DNA of 63,977 bases, counting the filler, from Choristocarpus tenellus KU-1152 (taxonomy: Eukaryota; Protista; Phaeophyceae): assembly GCA_964200185.2 (NCBI GenBank). It is 9 parts of 9 records of this genome, joined end to end, with 100 filler letters (N's around TTAATTAATTAA, not from the genome) between each part and the next. Parts side by side here need not be neighbours in the genome. Positions count along the whole stretch, not along the records: positions 1 to 3,549 come from CAXNAD020019324.1; positions 3,650 to 8,229 come from CAXNAD020013924.1; positions 8,330 to 17,507 come from CAXNAD020003914.1; 6 more parts are not named here. One strand, given 5' to 3'. The notes below the pieces were generated by a model. That model searched no databases. It was given only the letters and a program-made list of their open reading frames with translations, and was not told where the DNA came from. A program made the translations under genes and the position numbers. Numbering within the stretch: position 1 is the first letter of the stretch; every line of letters begins with the position of its first letter. Below, piece after piece: positions 1 to 12,819 of the stretch.

Positions 1-503
1 GGAGAAACCCTTGACCAGGATTGTGCGAACCCCGAAGTGTGGAGGGGGTTTCAATGAGCATACAGAGGCACTAGGTGTTTGTCGTGGAGTAGTGGTGTCA
101 AAGACTAGCAGGGATGATTCCCGCGACGGGTATGACCACTTCAGTGTACGGTTCCGACAGCCCCCGGGCGCTACGTGGCCGGTGACAGAGGTGTGTATTG
201 TGTGCGTTTGTTTGGTAGTGTATGTTCAGTTGCTTTCATGTGTGATGTTCTTACTTTGTTTAAACTGTTCAACGCTACAAACATGCAGAATGCGTCAATA
301 ATTTGAGAATCTTTTTTTTTACTGAGTGCTAAGTAGTAAGTACACTCTGTTGCTACTGCCTCTCATGGCTTTTCATATTGATGTCTTTGTGGGAGAGGGT
401 TGAACCTGCTGTGGCTTTGGTTGATGCTGTCTTCATTCAATACTTGTGTCTTTTCTTGACAAATGGTTGTGCTTGGCGCATGGGCTGGTGGTAACTTACC
501 TCC

Positions 504-1382
504 TTGCTGTGCCTGCTTCCTGCTGGAAAAATATGTGAGCAGGATATTGTGCTCGGGGTGCTGGAGCATCTTCTTGTGGATGATGAGGAAGATGAAGATA
601 TGTCTTACTCTGGGGCATCCCGTAGTGGTGACTATAGTTGCCACCATGGTCGGTTCAATGTCAGAGATGGTGTTGATACTAGCGGTGGTGGTGGCTTTGG
701 CATGGTAGGGAGTCATGGCAGGGGAGGGGGATGCAGCAAGCACCGGCGCACAGAGGAGGGGGATGAGGAGGCTGATGATGAGGAGGATGAGGATGAGGAT
801 GAGGGTGGAACTGAGGAGGAACTAAGGGTTGATAATCGACCGCTGTGGACTGGGGAAGCAGTTGGTGGGAATGGAATAAAAGTGCAAGTTGGGACTGGGG
901 GGGGGGAAGAAAAGGTTTGTGCCAAGGTTAGAGCAAATATGGCTCGAAAGGTTTTTGAGGCTGATAGAAATGACCACCTCCAGCACGCTTGCACTACTGT
1001 CCAGGGGGTGAGGGAAGGAGGGGGGAGGGAGGGACCGGACCACCAGTTGTTAGCTTCTTGTTCTGTTGCTGGAGATTCCTGGCTGCCCTCAGAGAGTCAC
1101 TTTGGTGGGGAGGTTGGTTTTGGAGTGGCAGTGAAGGGTAGTGTGGTGCCTAGTGTGTCAATTGAAGCCAGGGGGAGTGCAGCTGAGGGTGTATCGACTT
1201 CAGATATTAATGCAGGTGGTTGTGTGAGGACAGGAGGTAAAGAGGCAGGGGGAGGCACAAGTTATGATACTAGAGGGAGCGTGTTGCCTGGTCCGGTTGG
1301 AGGACTTTCAGTGGTGCCACTTGTGCCACTGCCTGATGAGGAAGGTGTGCTTGTAAAGGGCCAAGGATCGGGTGTTGATTGA
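504..1382 (+). other. Low-complexity G/E/D-rich open frame of unknown status
   Basis: 292-aa ORF in purine-rich DNA with (GAG/GAT)n runs and no recognisable domain; the opposite strand is S/P-rich with stops. Confidence 0.15.
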
Positions 1383-1642
1383 GACAACTATGTTGGCTGC
1401 AGGAGGGGTAGGGCAATACCTTCAGACAGGTGTTATGGGTTGCTTTGCAGGGGGTGGATTGAGTGGAGGGGATTTGCAGGTAGTCAACATATCATATCAG
1501 CGTTGAAAATAGGAAATAGGGGCGGAGAGGAACAAGGGGGGTGTGTAGGTTGTATTATTTGTCCTCTTGGCAATTCACCTATCGGACAAGAGGGCCCTGT
1601 TAAATTACTGTTTAGAATCTTGTTTAGCTGCTGGTCGTTTGT

Positions 1643-1749
1643 TTGTGTGTGTGTGTGTGTGTGTGTTTGTTTGTGTGTGTGTTTGCATGGAAATGCATGG
1701 AAGGCAGCCTATTGTTGTGTCAGTGAGAGAGAGAGAGAGAGAGAGAGAG
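1643..1749. repeat. (GT)n and (GA)n microsatellites
   Basis: Dinucleotide runs seen directly. Confidence 0.9.
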
Positions 1750-3306
1750 TATGATACACGCCTGTGCAATGAAGTGTGATGTGTAGTGTGGTGACGGGGC
1801 GATTGTAATATGCTGCCTTTGTGCGTGTGTGCCAGGCTGCTGCCATGCCTACTTTGTGATAAGGGATTTTGTATGCATGGTGTCTCTTTGCTGTGTTTGT
1901 GCATGTGTGTTACCTGCTTTGTGTTGGCGTTTATTGTAGCTGTTGATATTGCTAATAGTATGTTTTGTACTGTAAATTCGTGGAAGGCGAGCTCTGGAGC
2001 ATGTGGATGACAACAAGCACGACAGTGTCACTTTTTGCCCTGCATTCCATTTGCAGTCTTTTGCCTTTGTGGTAACTGTCACTGGGTGTGCTGCTTCCTG
2101 TGAACGTATCAATCTGTGTAGACCTAAAGGGAATGAAGCAACTTTTGGTGTAGCAGTCTCAAAAAACATCCAAAGTTTGCAATTGCCTCGAGACCCAAGA
2201 CGGCTGGGGAGAAATATTATTCTTTGATTGTAGCATCTGTGGCCCTGCTATAGTTGTGAGTCTTCCCTTCCCCCCTGCCCTACTCATTATGTCCTGGTTT
2301 TGATGGCCTGTTCATGAGCTTGAGCAAAAACATATAAAGCACCTTTATTTTTCAACAGTGTGTTGTGGTGGACAAATACAATTATGGAACAAAATTTAAT
2401 ATAAAGACATGCTGTTGTATTAATAGCAATATGATTCAATACTGTGTCAACCTTCTGTGTCCGTTACATCCCTATTTCCACGCTCTATACTAAGATACAA
2501 CTCCTTCCTACGTACGTACTTCTTCAGACGGTTAATTATGGAAGGCAACCTACCATATCCGATCGCCCTCGCGTGAATAGATGGCTTTAAACAAAGGTGT
2601 GTTGTTGTACTTCATGTGTGTTATTCGTGCACATGGATGCTGTTAAAAATGGCATAAAATGGGAGGTACAATTGACCGTCTTGCAGTAGTGAGTGGTGGG
2701 ACAAATTGCCTATACCCGCTACAAGGGAAACATTGGTCTTGGTATGTGGTACGTGTCCATAGATGGGACTTGAAGGATGTCAAGACTCCAGAGAGAGAGT
2801 CCAACAGGGTTTTTTTGGGACACCTGCATGTGGAGAGCATACCACACGAGAAGGTATGACCTTGTGCATGGCAATTCCCTGCACAGGACAGGGTGTCGCT
2901 ACTATTTAATGATGTTTTTATGTAAGTATTGCGATAATTCCAGTTCACTCCATACTTTCACGTACAGTGCGATATTAGACAATGACAACATGCATTCATC
3001 ACCGGTCACCAAAAACTATGTCATATTGTCATTGCCAAGGTTCCGAAACGACATGCTGGCACCAGGAAAGTACTGGATATATAGTAGCAATATGACGATG
3101 ATCTACTCCAACTGACAAACTGAGGAGAAACAACTAGTTCTCAACATCTACCATGATGCTATATACTTAATACGTTGATCTGGAACGTGTGAGAGAAGCT
3201 TCTTTCATCTTTCAATCACTTGTACATCCCTCTACCAGTGTTATTCTCAAACCTATGACAGTTGCTTCTATCCAGAGGGTCTCATATGCCACAGCAACCA
3301 TTTTTT

Positions 3307-3459
3307 GACCCAAAGTATCTGGGGTGGGGGGGGGGGTCTACGCCAGGGTGTCCATTTTGGTCAAAATCAGGAAAAGTGCAAATACATCATCCATTCGACG
3401 TATGCAACCGAATCACACAAAAATCTCGACATGAAAAAATTCGACCCAAATGGACAGCC

Positions 3460-3499
<40 letters not shown>

Positions 3500-3500
3500 T
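3307..3500 (+). mobile_element. MITE family B copy
   Basis: Starts GACCCAAAGTATCTGGGG, internal ccagggtgtccattt...aaatggacagcc, ends in poly-C; same sequence at 23648, 26538, 56433, 63912. Confidence 0.8.
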
Positions 3501-3549
3501 CTCCATCTCCTCATCTTTAGACGGGGGGCCCGGGCCCGCGGCACAAAAA

Positions 3550-3649
3550 NNNNNNNNNNNNNNNNNNNNNNNNNNNNNNNNNNNNNNNNNNNNTTAATTA
3601 ATTAANNNNNNNNNNNNNNNNNNNNNNNNNNNNNNNNNNNNNNNNNNNN
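3550..3649. other. Artificial contig linker N-TTAATTAATTAA-N (also at 8230, 17508, 26750, 32080, 36203, 42034, 45114)
   Basis: The identical 100-nt gap with a six-frame-stop core occurs 8 times. Confidence 0.97.
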
Positions 3650-3985
3650 TATCGTGTTTGTTAGGAAGTGTCAATATCTATGTTTGAGACACCTTTCATA
3701 AGGTACACATTTTACCTACTCCCAAACATTTTGTAGTCGGAAAATGTCATTAAAAAAAACCCATGGGAAGCCAAGCCCCACAAATGTATAAATTTTACCT
3801 ACTCCCAAACATTTTGTAGTCGACAAATGTCATTAAAAAAAACATGGGAAGACAAGCCCCCCCACAAATGGATATATTTTAACTGCTACGAAACCTTTTG
3901 TAGTCGGAAAATGTCACAAAAAAACCCATGGGAAGCCAAGCCCCACTTGGACAAACAGGGAAAAATTCGTACCGTCTAAGATAGT
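3650..3985 (+). mobile_element. MITE family A partial copy with internal tandem triplication
   Basis: The unit ...ttttgtagtcggaaaatgtca...catgggaagccaagcccc occurs three times; ends tcgtaccgtctaagatagtt. Confidence 0.75.
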
Positions 3986-4674
3986 TCAACACATTACTAT
4001 TAATAAAATGTTGAAGGGTGAGCACACAGTACACACATTGAACAAGCTGAAGTGAGCAGCAAACATAATGACATTTTGATGAGCCCATGTTTGACAAAAT
4101 CCATGCGCAGCCTAAAGCTGCACATAGATCATTTGAAATATAGGCATTTCATGAAAGGTAATAGAGTTGCAGATGGGATATTTCCTTGCATATGACAAAA
4201 CTACAGCACATTTTCATCAAGCCAGTAAGAGAAAATGAGATGATCCTTGTAAGCAGCTGTGCTCACCCCACGTGCTCCACTACCAGTGATCAACCGATAT
4301 ACAAATCTAAGATGCAAATACCCAGTTGCTTTACAGCTCTATCTTGGGGGGAACACATGTTAAGCTGAGGGCAAGAACAAGCGGGACAAGAGGGAAAGTA
4401 CACCAATGAGGAAAATACGGACCATTTCAATTAACTTCTGGATCAACCAAAGACTGAGTCAGGAAGACAGAAAATAAACCGGACATTACCACTACCTTAG
4501 CGTGAATTCAGACAGCCTCTCATGCTGAACTAACAGTCCCGTAGCAATTTCGAGGGCACAGTAAACGGTCAGTAAGGAAGAGATGTATGCGGCATTTGAA
4601 AGTTCACCAAAGCGGTATTGAAGCAGCTGAATTTTACGTACATCTCAAATTATTTGAGCTAACAGTGGACTCAC

Positions 4675-5503
4675 ATCGCTTGGTTCGCATCTTATACATG
4701 ATTCTGTAGCCACACTGGCGGCATTGGACGGGGTCCTTGGCCTTGATGAGGTTCTCAGAGCCGCAATCTGTGGGGGTGGATTGCACCGTGTTTCCAGAGA
4801 GGGCGGATGGGAATACTTTAAACATAGCGGGAATCAAGCAATATTGCTACTGAATTGGGGGCGAGGACTTGGCATAAAATTGTGTACTATTACTACGGTG
4901 CATTCGACATGCGAACTATGAAGCTAGTGAGGATATAGTCTCGTATTCTTTCCAAAAGAGCCACCTTGAACACCTAATGATTAGCCTCACGAAGTAACAA
5001 CTAAAAACTCCACCCAGCTCGATTCAATGCGCACTGCAGGCGGTTCATTTCTCAAATAAACAAAAACGAGTAGGGTAAAAGAATTGCTTGGATAACTAAA
5101 GACACTGGTGATGAGAATGGGCGTACGTAGACCTGGAAGCTACCTAGAGCTAAAACAAAAAATCACTTTGTCGAGAAATCGGACACGGGAACCATTCCGC
5201 AGGATTCATTCCGGGTGCATAAGGTCAGCAAGAAACCCACCTACTAGTTACGACAGCTTAAACCAAGTGAACTCCATCAGCCCACCAGCCAGACCGACTA
5301 CCCCAGATAGGCAAAGCTGGATGAAAACAGCCTCCTAAAGTTTATATCACCATGCAACTACCAACGTTGCTACGCACAGCTGATTAAGGTCAGTATCCAA
5401 CTCCCTCACCTCCACAAAGGTAGGTGACGCCGCCTAGGGTGTTATCTGGTTCTGTGTCCATCGCATCGGTCGTGCCACCACTATTGCCTCCTTTATCTTC
5501 CAT
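4675..5503 (-). CDS. RPB12: RNA polymerases I/II/III shared subunit RPABC4; exons 5503-5410 and 4767-4675, last short exon not found
   Basis: Spliced: MEDKGG...[38 protein letters not shown], the RPB12 zinc ribbon; GTGAG donors, CAG acceptor, phases compatible. Confidence 0.93.
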
Positions 5504-6129
5504 TTCAAAAGTGAGGAGTCCCTTTCCCCCTTGCAAGTTGTTGCCCACACGGTATGGAGTGTTTGTCGGATGCTGAAATCGTAAACAATGGTGATGGGCG
5601 GTGGTGGCCTGTCGATTTTTTTGGGGTCAACCTGTTATTGTCATAATATACAGTATGTATCAACATCCGTAACGCCTCCTTCTATCCCGCCTCCGGCATC
5701 CATAGGTAAGTGCAAACCCAAGAAAGATTCCCATACCTTTTTCGAAATGCACCACCCTCAGTCCACTCGTTGAAGCTTTAGATATGATATTCCTTCCCAC
5801 AGGAGAGGGTTGAAGAGGTGTTTCAGACACGGTAAGAGTGAACGGTGGAGTCGGCGGCAAATTGTGACACTTTTGTTGATAAAGGAGAATTGAAGGGTAG
5901 ATTGAAGCTTTAAACACTCCTCACTTTCCGTTGTCGTTTGGGACTGGGAGATTGCTAAGGGAAGCAGGGGGGGTAAAATTTTGGTTTAATCGATCTAGTG
6001 AAGCGAGGTGGGGCGTTGCACAAGTAGAGAGGGCTGTCCCTTTCTCGACGCAACTATATTCCAGGGCAGTGTGGTTCCCCCCGCCTCTCAGCCTTCGCGC
6101 CCTTTGAGCGAGTTCGATCTGTTTTCAAG
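5504..6129. promoter_or_regulatory. Candidate bidirectional promoter between RPB12 and the TBC gene
   Basis: Head-to-head ATGs about 630 bp apart; depends on the tentative TBC exon 1. Confidence 0.4.
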
Positions 6130-8175
6130 ATGGCGGCTGCTCTCGGAAAGACAGTACCTCAGGTGTGTATGCTCTTCAGTGACTTGTGCTTGGGGGCGGG
6201 AGACGCTGGATATTGTGGTCATCGATTGTCTTGCTTCAGCACAGACTCACAGATAGTAGGGGATAGAATGTTGAAGGACTTACCCGTTTGGACAGGTGCT
6301 GTTCCTTAGGCAGTCGATGTATAACCTGTAGAATAATCTATGCGACACATTTCTATGCGACCCTCTGCGTATTCTTATTGAGTAAGGCAAATCATGGTGA
6401 GATTTGGTAGCATGAAATCCAGACGAGTGCCTGGTTGTGGGTGCAAAATGTTGTTCTTACATAAATCAAGAGCATTTTTTTTTGTGCAAAGCGTCTCTCT
6501 TGAACGATTTTTCTAACAATTCTTACCAGCTGTTACAAGTGACTCTGGAGATGCAAAGTGGGAGACCTCGTGGTTGAGGACATAGTGGCGCTGGTTCATG
6601 CAAGCCGTCTCACCGTTGAAGAATCAAACATTCTACTTACTCTAACATGATCGTACGGCATTTTCCTACAAACCTTTAGTCATAGTGTGCAATTTATAGT
6701 ATCCAACAACTTGGTAACCATCGAGAATCTTCCTAGCACACACATCTCACTACAACCCATGCACGCGATAGGTGTTTGTAGGGGACCCGCGATCGAGCGA
6801 GTTCGTGGACAGCGCCCGCTATGGGAAAGGTGGGTGTTTGTCTGGTTTGGAAACACAGGATACCTCAAGACCTTAGAAGCTTAACTAGATTACCTCCACT
6901 CTGTATGTAAAAGGAGTGGTCTGCCTCGTCATACATGCACACATGCCATCCCCAATGCCGTTGGAATTTTAACTACCTCAGAATGTAGTCGTTGAAGTGA
7001 CATTAATATTTTTTGTACTTTTCAAACCACTGAGCATACCTTGGCTTGAACTGACTTATCCAATCCTCCCCTTTCCCTTCCCTTCCCTTCCCTTCCCTGC
7101 TATATTGACTTCCTCCTTGTTAACCCTGTTCCGGTGGGGGTTGGTGTGAACAATCATATTCTTTCCCTCCATCTCTGCCTTTTTGTTATGTGTCCAGAGT
7201 TTAATCTCAACCCTTACGAGCCCCATGAGTTTACTGATGAGGACGACAAGGCTGCCACAGCCTGGCATCTTGCCAGTGGGCGTAAGCTCACCAAGATGTG
7301 TCGTGCTGGTGTTCCAGAGTACTTTCGGGGTGGGGTGTGGACCAAGGTGATGTCCCCCACCCTGGAGACAGCCGGAACGCCTTCACACAAGGTATGAGGT
7401 GAATGAAGTGCAGAACTGGGTTAGGGCTACGGTACTGCCCTAAGTTTGGTGGAGAATGTTCTGGCTATGGAGAATTTCGCATTTGATAGGCTTAGAGATG
7501 AGGGCAGGAAAGAGATGTCCTCGATGTTGCATATTGTATTCAAGAATTTTCTTGTGCATGTGTTGTAAGAGGCTAGAATCTTTGGTTAGGAACAGTTTTA
7601 TCGAGGCTCGACTAGTAGGTAAGGAAGGAAGGGGGTCTATGGATGGACAGGTTGAATGGCATTTGGAGTCCGTCAAGTAATTGATTAGGGTTCTCCTATT
7701 CCACAGCATGAAGGTGAAGCGGGATGGCCTGTCCCAGATGACATGCTATGTGCCTTCCTTACCTTGCATGTTCCACATGCCTCTCCTTTTCCACTCCACT
7801 GTGTTACATAGGCACAAGGCTCTTTCCTCTTTGATTGTGTTCTTTAACACTTTGATCATTTTGTTGTCCCCTTGCTACTCACCACTACATACATACAACC
7901 CAGGGAGACCTCTGTGTCCCTCATCAACCAAGCAGGCAAGATACGACTCAATTGCGCCGTGCCTGTACACCTGTACCCCTACTGCTGTTACCTTTCAGAG
8001 CCATGCTAATTTCTTTGTGCACAATCCGTCTCCTTTTTGTTATTTTCAGCTTCAGCAAGAGCGAATTTGGGCAAGGGTGCTGGAGAAGGTGTTTGAGAAT
8101 GGGGGGATGGGGGAGCAGGTTCCTGGGTACGGGGCTGAAATGCGACTGGGTGAACACTGCCTCACTTCAGAGGGG
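6130..8175 (+). CDS. TBC (Rab-GAP) domain protein, TBC1D24-like, 5' part; exons ~6130-6162 (tentative), ~7198-7391, ~8051-8175
   Basis: RKLTKMCRAGVPEYFRGGVWTKV matches the TBC N-terminal motif; exon ERIWARVLEKVF..PGYG..HCLTSEG is followed by GTAAGT; truncated by the contig end. Confidence 0.75.
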
Positions 8176-8329
8176 GTAAGTGTTGGAGGGGGAAAAGGTC
8201 ATGTTTTGAGAAGGGGGAGCTGCTGAAATNNNNNNNNNNNNNNNNNNNNNNNNNNNNNNNNNNNNNNNNNNNNTTAATTAATTAANNNNNNNNNNNNNNN
8301 NNNNNNNNNNNNNNNNNNNNNNNNNNNNN

Positions 8330-8378
8330 CCCCCCCCCAAACCCCCCCCCCCCCCCCTCCCCCCAGATACTTTGACCC
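8330..8378 (+). mobile_element. MITE family B terminal fragment
   Basis: Poly-C then CCCAGATACTTTGACCC at the contig start. Confidence 0.65.
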
Positions 8379-8411
8379 AATCCATTTTGTGGGATAAATC
8401 TGTTGAATCAT

Positions 8412-8412
<1 letters not shown>

Positions 8413-8447
<35 letters not shown>
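8413..8447. repeat. (AAT)n microsatellite
   Basis: Seen directly. Confidence 0.9.
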
Positions 8448-8449
<2 letters not shown>

Positions 8450-8579
8450 AGAAAGTATTTTCTCTCCTCTCCTGAAATCAAAAAAAGAAATTTTCCGTAC
8501 TCAAATGAACAAATACTTAAAATTCCCTGTACACACTCAACATGAGCACAACAACACTTTGGGGAAACAAATCTCTCAC

Positions 8580-10997
8580 CCCAACAATGGAGAAAGGACT
8601 GTTGATGTCCAGCGAACGGGATGTCGAAAGCTGAGGGACCTGCCATATCAATAGGGACATCCGACAGGGAAGGATAGCTTAGTTAAGGAGAGGTGAGATC
8701 AGCCACATCAATGGGTACTTTGTGGGGGGGCTCTAGCAAAGGTTGGGGGTGGGGTGGTGGTAGGGTGGAGGTGTGTGTGTGGGGGGGGGGGCTAGCAAGA
8801 CACACATCACATCACATCTTTGCTGTCTCGCCTTTAGTATGACCAGAAGTGACTGCTTTTGCAAAGATTATGCCAAAAGAGCTGGCAAGCACCTGCCCAA
8901 GAGCGGAGGATGAATGAGGACACCTGCTAACACCCCGTGCACACTGGATCTAAAAAAACAGAAACATCTCATTTCCTTTCGCTTTCTGACTTGAAGCTCG
9001 AGGTACTCCTACTTCGACCTCTACAGAACACACAAACATTTGAGTTGTTTCCTCATCATCTAATCTCCATGTGTACCATGCGCGTCACCCGAACATTCTC
9101 GACCCACTCCCCTTCCCATGTAGCCTCTATGTACGTTTGTCTCAAAGTGCAGTCAGTTTCACTCGCATCAATAGTCCCCCACCCCCCCCAAATTTACAGA
9201 CTGGTTGGTGACCATGGCACACAACTCCATAGGCGTCACTACGATCACAAGCATGCATGCAAATTGCATGTGTTCCACCAAACCGCTTACACTATCTTTG
9301 AATAATCACGTGCACAACATAACTGGATTTCCAACGCAAGCCCAATTTCTCCTAACGCTAAAACGTACAATGGCTACTTGGCTACACGAATAGCATGCAT
9401 ACCTAGATGGATAAGCCCTCACTTGCCCCACTGCCTCCCTAGTCATACCTGAGCAAACTTCTTTCCGGACAGGGTGGACCGCATTCCCTTCAGAAGGCTC
9501 AGCCAGGTGTCGGACTGGTCGTCAACCTGCACAAACATGTATCACACGCATCGACAAAGTGTCACCCATGCCAGGTGACAATGTGCTGGAGAATTGGGGG
9601 ATCAGCTGGGGTCCACATACAAATATCCACAGCAATCAAGTCCAGCTTCATTGCCTCTCAGAGTTAGCCATGTTATGCTGTCAAGGAATTTGACCAAAAA
9701 ATGATGAAAACTGCAGAAAGGTTCCAGTCCAAATGTGGAGCAAATTGAAACTCTATGAAGCATGGCACGACACATGATCAGTAAAGGTGAGTTTACAAAA
9801 ATGCTTTTGTTGGTTTCCAAAGTCAAAATAATCAAGTTAATGATCGGATCTAAGAGACTATGGTTACACCTTGTCCTGTCCACATACCCAGCCGCTTCTC
9901 AGATCCCACGCGAGTAGAATAACACAACAGTCATGTAGCACGAACTTAACACTGGGTTCGAAACTACGAAGCTAACACAATTGTGAAACCCATCCTTCCA
10001 ACAATTCTACAGCCATAAATTGGAAAGCTCCTCTTTTCCTCTCTTACCAGGTTGAGAAGGATTGCATTGGTGCATGCACCTCCGGCGCCGCAAGCGTCAG
10101 GAAGGCCAAACTTAGATACGTCCTTGACATCTGCAGACGTCTGTTCATCCTTACAGCCAGAGAACATCCTTCCGACGAAGGAAAATCAGTGCATTCCACG
10201 AGCAGAACGAAGGAGTGTGCATATTAATGGGCTGTGATCTCTCGCGGGGTGACAGCGGCTGACTCGCAGCAAGAATACTACAAAATGTGGATAACGGCAC
10301 TTCGGAAACGGAGGACCCTTCAGCATTCCTGCATCACAGGAGGAAAATCAAACATATCTAGGCCATCTTCTTCATCAGAACGGCCTAGATGTAGGGTGCT
10401 TCTTCGCAAGGAGATTCGCCCGGAATTTACCGAAGGAAATCAAAGGTTTGAAACTATCTGACACTATAGTTTAGAGAGATTCCATTTCAGCGAGATCTTC
10501 TTCATGTCTGCGGCGGTTGCACCCTCTCGACCCATCTGTGAGCATGGATGCTACCAACATATCGTTCCATTCAGAAGGAAGCACCTTCAACATGCTAGGT
10601 GGGACTGGGTGTGCATGTAGAGCGTACAAGTACACAGACAATCTGCTGCAATATTATTGCAGCCTCATTTGGACACGTAGAGACCCAGAGAGTGAACCCT
10701 AGCAATGTCAGGGAATCCAGGCAGTTTGCAATGCTAAAATCTCCCCCAAACACCATAGGGTTCAACGATGGGATCGGACGTCGTCCTTTCAACCTTGAGA
10801 TTAATCACTGAAGGTTCACATTTTCTCTGGTCGTACTTGTTACCTCATACAGACATATCAGCAAGCAGGAGAGGTTCAAGGGAGATTAAATCTCACCTTA
10901 CATCGGCCTTGATCTCATTTTGCACCTCCGCTTCCACATCCCTGGACTCTGCACCCACGCCAAGAGCCTCTTGCGCAAGTTGGTTGATGAAGTTCAT
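8580..10997 (-). CDS. Metacaspase with N-terminal p10 domain (type III architecture), 5' part; exons 10997-10897, 10168-10048, 9526-9449, 8639-8580
   Basis: Spliced: MNFINQLAQEALGVGAESRDVEAEVQNEIKADVR/MFSGCKDEQTSADVKDVSKFGLPDACGAGGACTNAILLNL/VDDQSDTWLSLLKGMRSTLSGKKFAQ/VPQLSTSRSLDINSPFSIVG. Contains the p10 motifs SGCxDxQTSAD, GGAxT and QxPQLS; all introns GT-AG with matching phases. Confidence 0.9.
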
Positions 10998-11441
10998 GAT
11001 GAAGGCGTGGTATGGGTTTCAAGTACTCCAATGGGCAACACTCGGATTAGAAGTTACTGTGGAGTAATGAACGCGAGGGTGGGGATCCTTCAATCTGTTG
11101 AAAGTACTTCAATAATCTGATGTCTGTTGACCAAACAAGAGCAATACCCGAGAAGGAGGTTGGATAAATATTTTCTTGTTAGAATGTGTTCGAAAGAATG
11201 TTAGAGAGATTGAGGAGATGGTCAACCGGCACAACTTTTACTTCAACCACTAACTCCTACTCCAACAAATCGTATCTTCGATCAATAGTAACATATTTAG
11301 TTGGATAGGAGATTTGAGATTGTCCAAAACAAATCTCGCGAGCTCGCAGATTCGTGGTAAAAGCCTTTTTGGTGTTTTTTGTCCTCTTCCCCAACAATAC
11401 TTTCAGAACGACCTCACAAGGACGAAGGAAGGAGAGTCTAG

Positions 11442-12780
11442 ATGTCCGCCCTTGAGCTTTCACGCTTAGTCAATGATGCCTCTGGGTGTGGATTCATCCC
11501 CACTCGAGATCTTCTGCGCTTTCTGAGAAAAGAAAAGGTTTGTTAAGTGGCCGTGGGTCGCAATTGGTAAACTTTCGACCAAGAAGAAGAGTGTTTGCCA
11601 ATGAAGCCGTGCACTTCATTGGTAACACCAACTCCCTATTTTCTCCATAAACGTTGCGATATCTTCAGATACGGCGACCGGATCTGGCTGTCAAATACGG
11701 CACTTCTCTTATGCAATACACCCGAAAGCTAGGTGATGAACTATGGGCAGTGCACGAGCAGGTGGGCACTTGTAAGATGAAGCTGGGGGCGTTGAACATA
11801 TCTGGACTGGTGTACCTCTGCCACCGAGATGGTTGTAGTGTAATTCATTTACCTCTTAGAAGAGATTAATTCCTTCAACCATAACTCCTAGAGATAGGAA
11901 GGCAGGAAGGTTAACAGGTCCCCCATCAGTTGTTGGACAGGGACTTTGATGAGCATTGTCATTCACAGAACTGGCCATGTCCTCATACATGCTATGTCAA
12001 TTGGATTCTGTCCAAACACTTTCGTTGTGAATAGGTATTAACATCCGCGCTGGACGTCCCGAACTTGGAGCTGGCAGACAAGTGCTTAGCAGCGCTCCAG
12101 AAGAAATTTCCATCAAGTCAGAGAGTGAGGCGTTTGGAGGGTATGCGCTTAGAAGCGGGAGGAAGTTATGAGGCGGCGGAGGGTATATATACTTCGTTGC
12201 TGGAAGAAAACCCATCCAATTCTCTGGCGATTAAACGAAAGGTGAAGAAAGGATCCAAACGTGCTTTCGTGCTGTTACTTCCACACCTTCAACTGCTCGT
12301 AGCAAGAGGTGCAGCGAATTGAACTGTCCTTTCTTGCCCTCGCTTTAAACGTGTCACCTTTTGGAGTTCAGATAGTCCAAGCATAACATATTATCCCTGA
12401 TATCTCTTACTCTGCTGTCTTTTGGCTGGTCCGCACGCCAAAGGTAGCTGTTTTGATAGCACAAGGCAAGACTACAGTTGCTGTAAAAGCTCTCAATGGG
12501 TATCTTTCTGACTTTGGTGCAGACGCAGAAGGATGGCTGCAACTGGCAAAACTACACATCAATGCTTCCAACTATGATGTAAGATTAAGTGTGCTGCGTT
12601 CTATCGTGGATGGTAACATCAATTCCCTCCCTTTCAAATCACTACCCCTCTTACATACCTCAGAAGCCTTGTCACAAAGTTGAAATCATCCTTGTTGACT
12701 AGTTGCGTTCGATTTCAAGCTCGCCCGTCCCCCTCATGGCTCACATTTTCCTCTCCTCACCTACTCCTCGCTGTTACCAC

Positions 12781-12819
<39 letters not shown>

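Noticed and set aside
2640-3200. Short ORFs with coding-like composition
   Set aside because: Frames are broken and I recognise no homology
3550-3649. Regularly recurring palindrome TTAATTAATTAA
   Set aside because: Always centred in N-runs, so it is an artificial contig linker; it also rules out any gene-cluster claim across gaps
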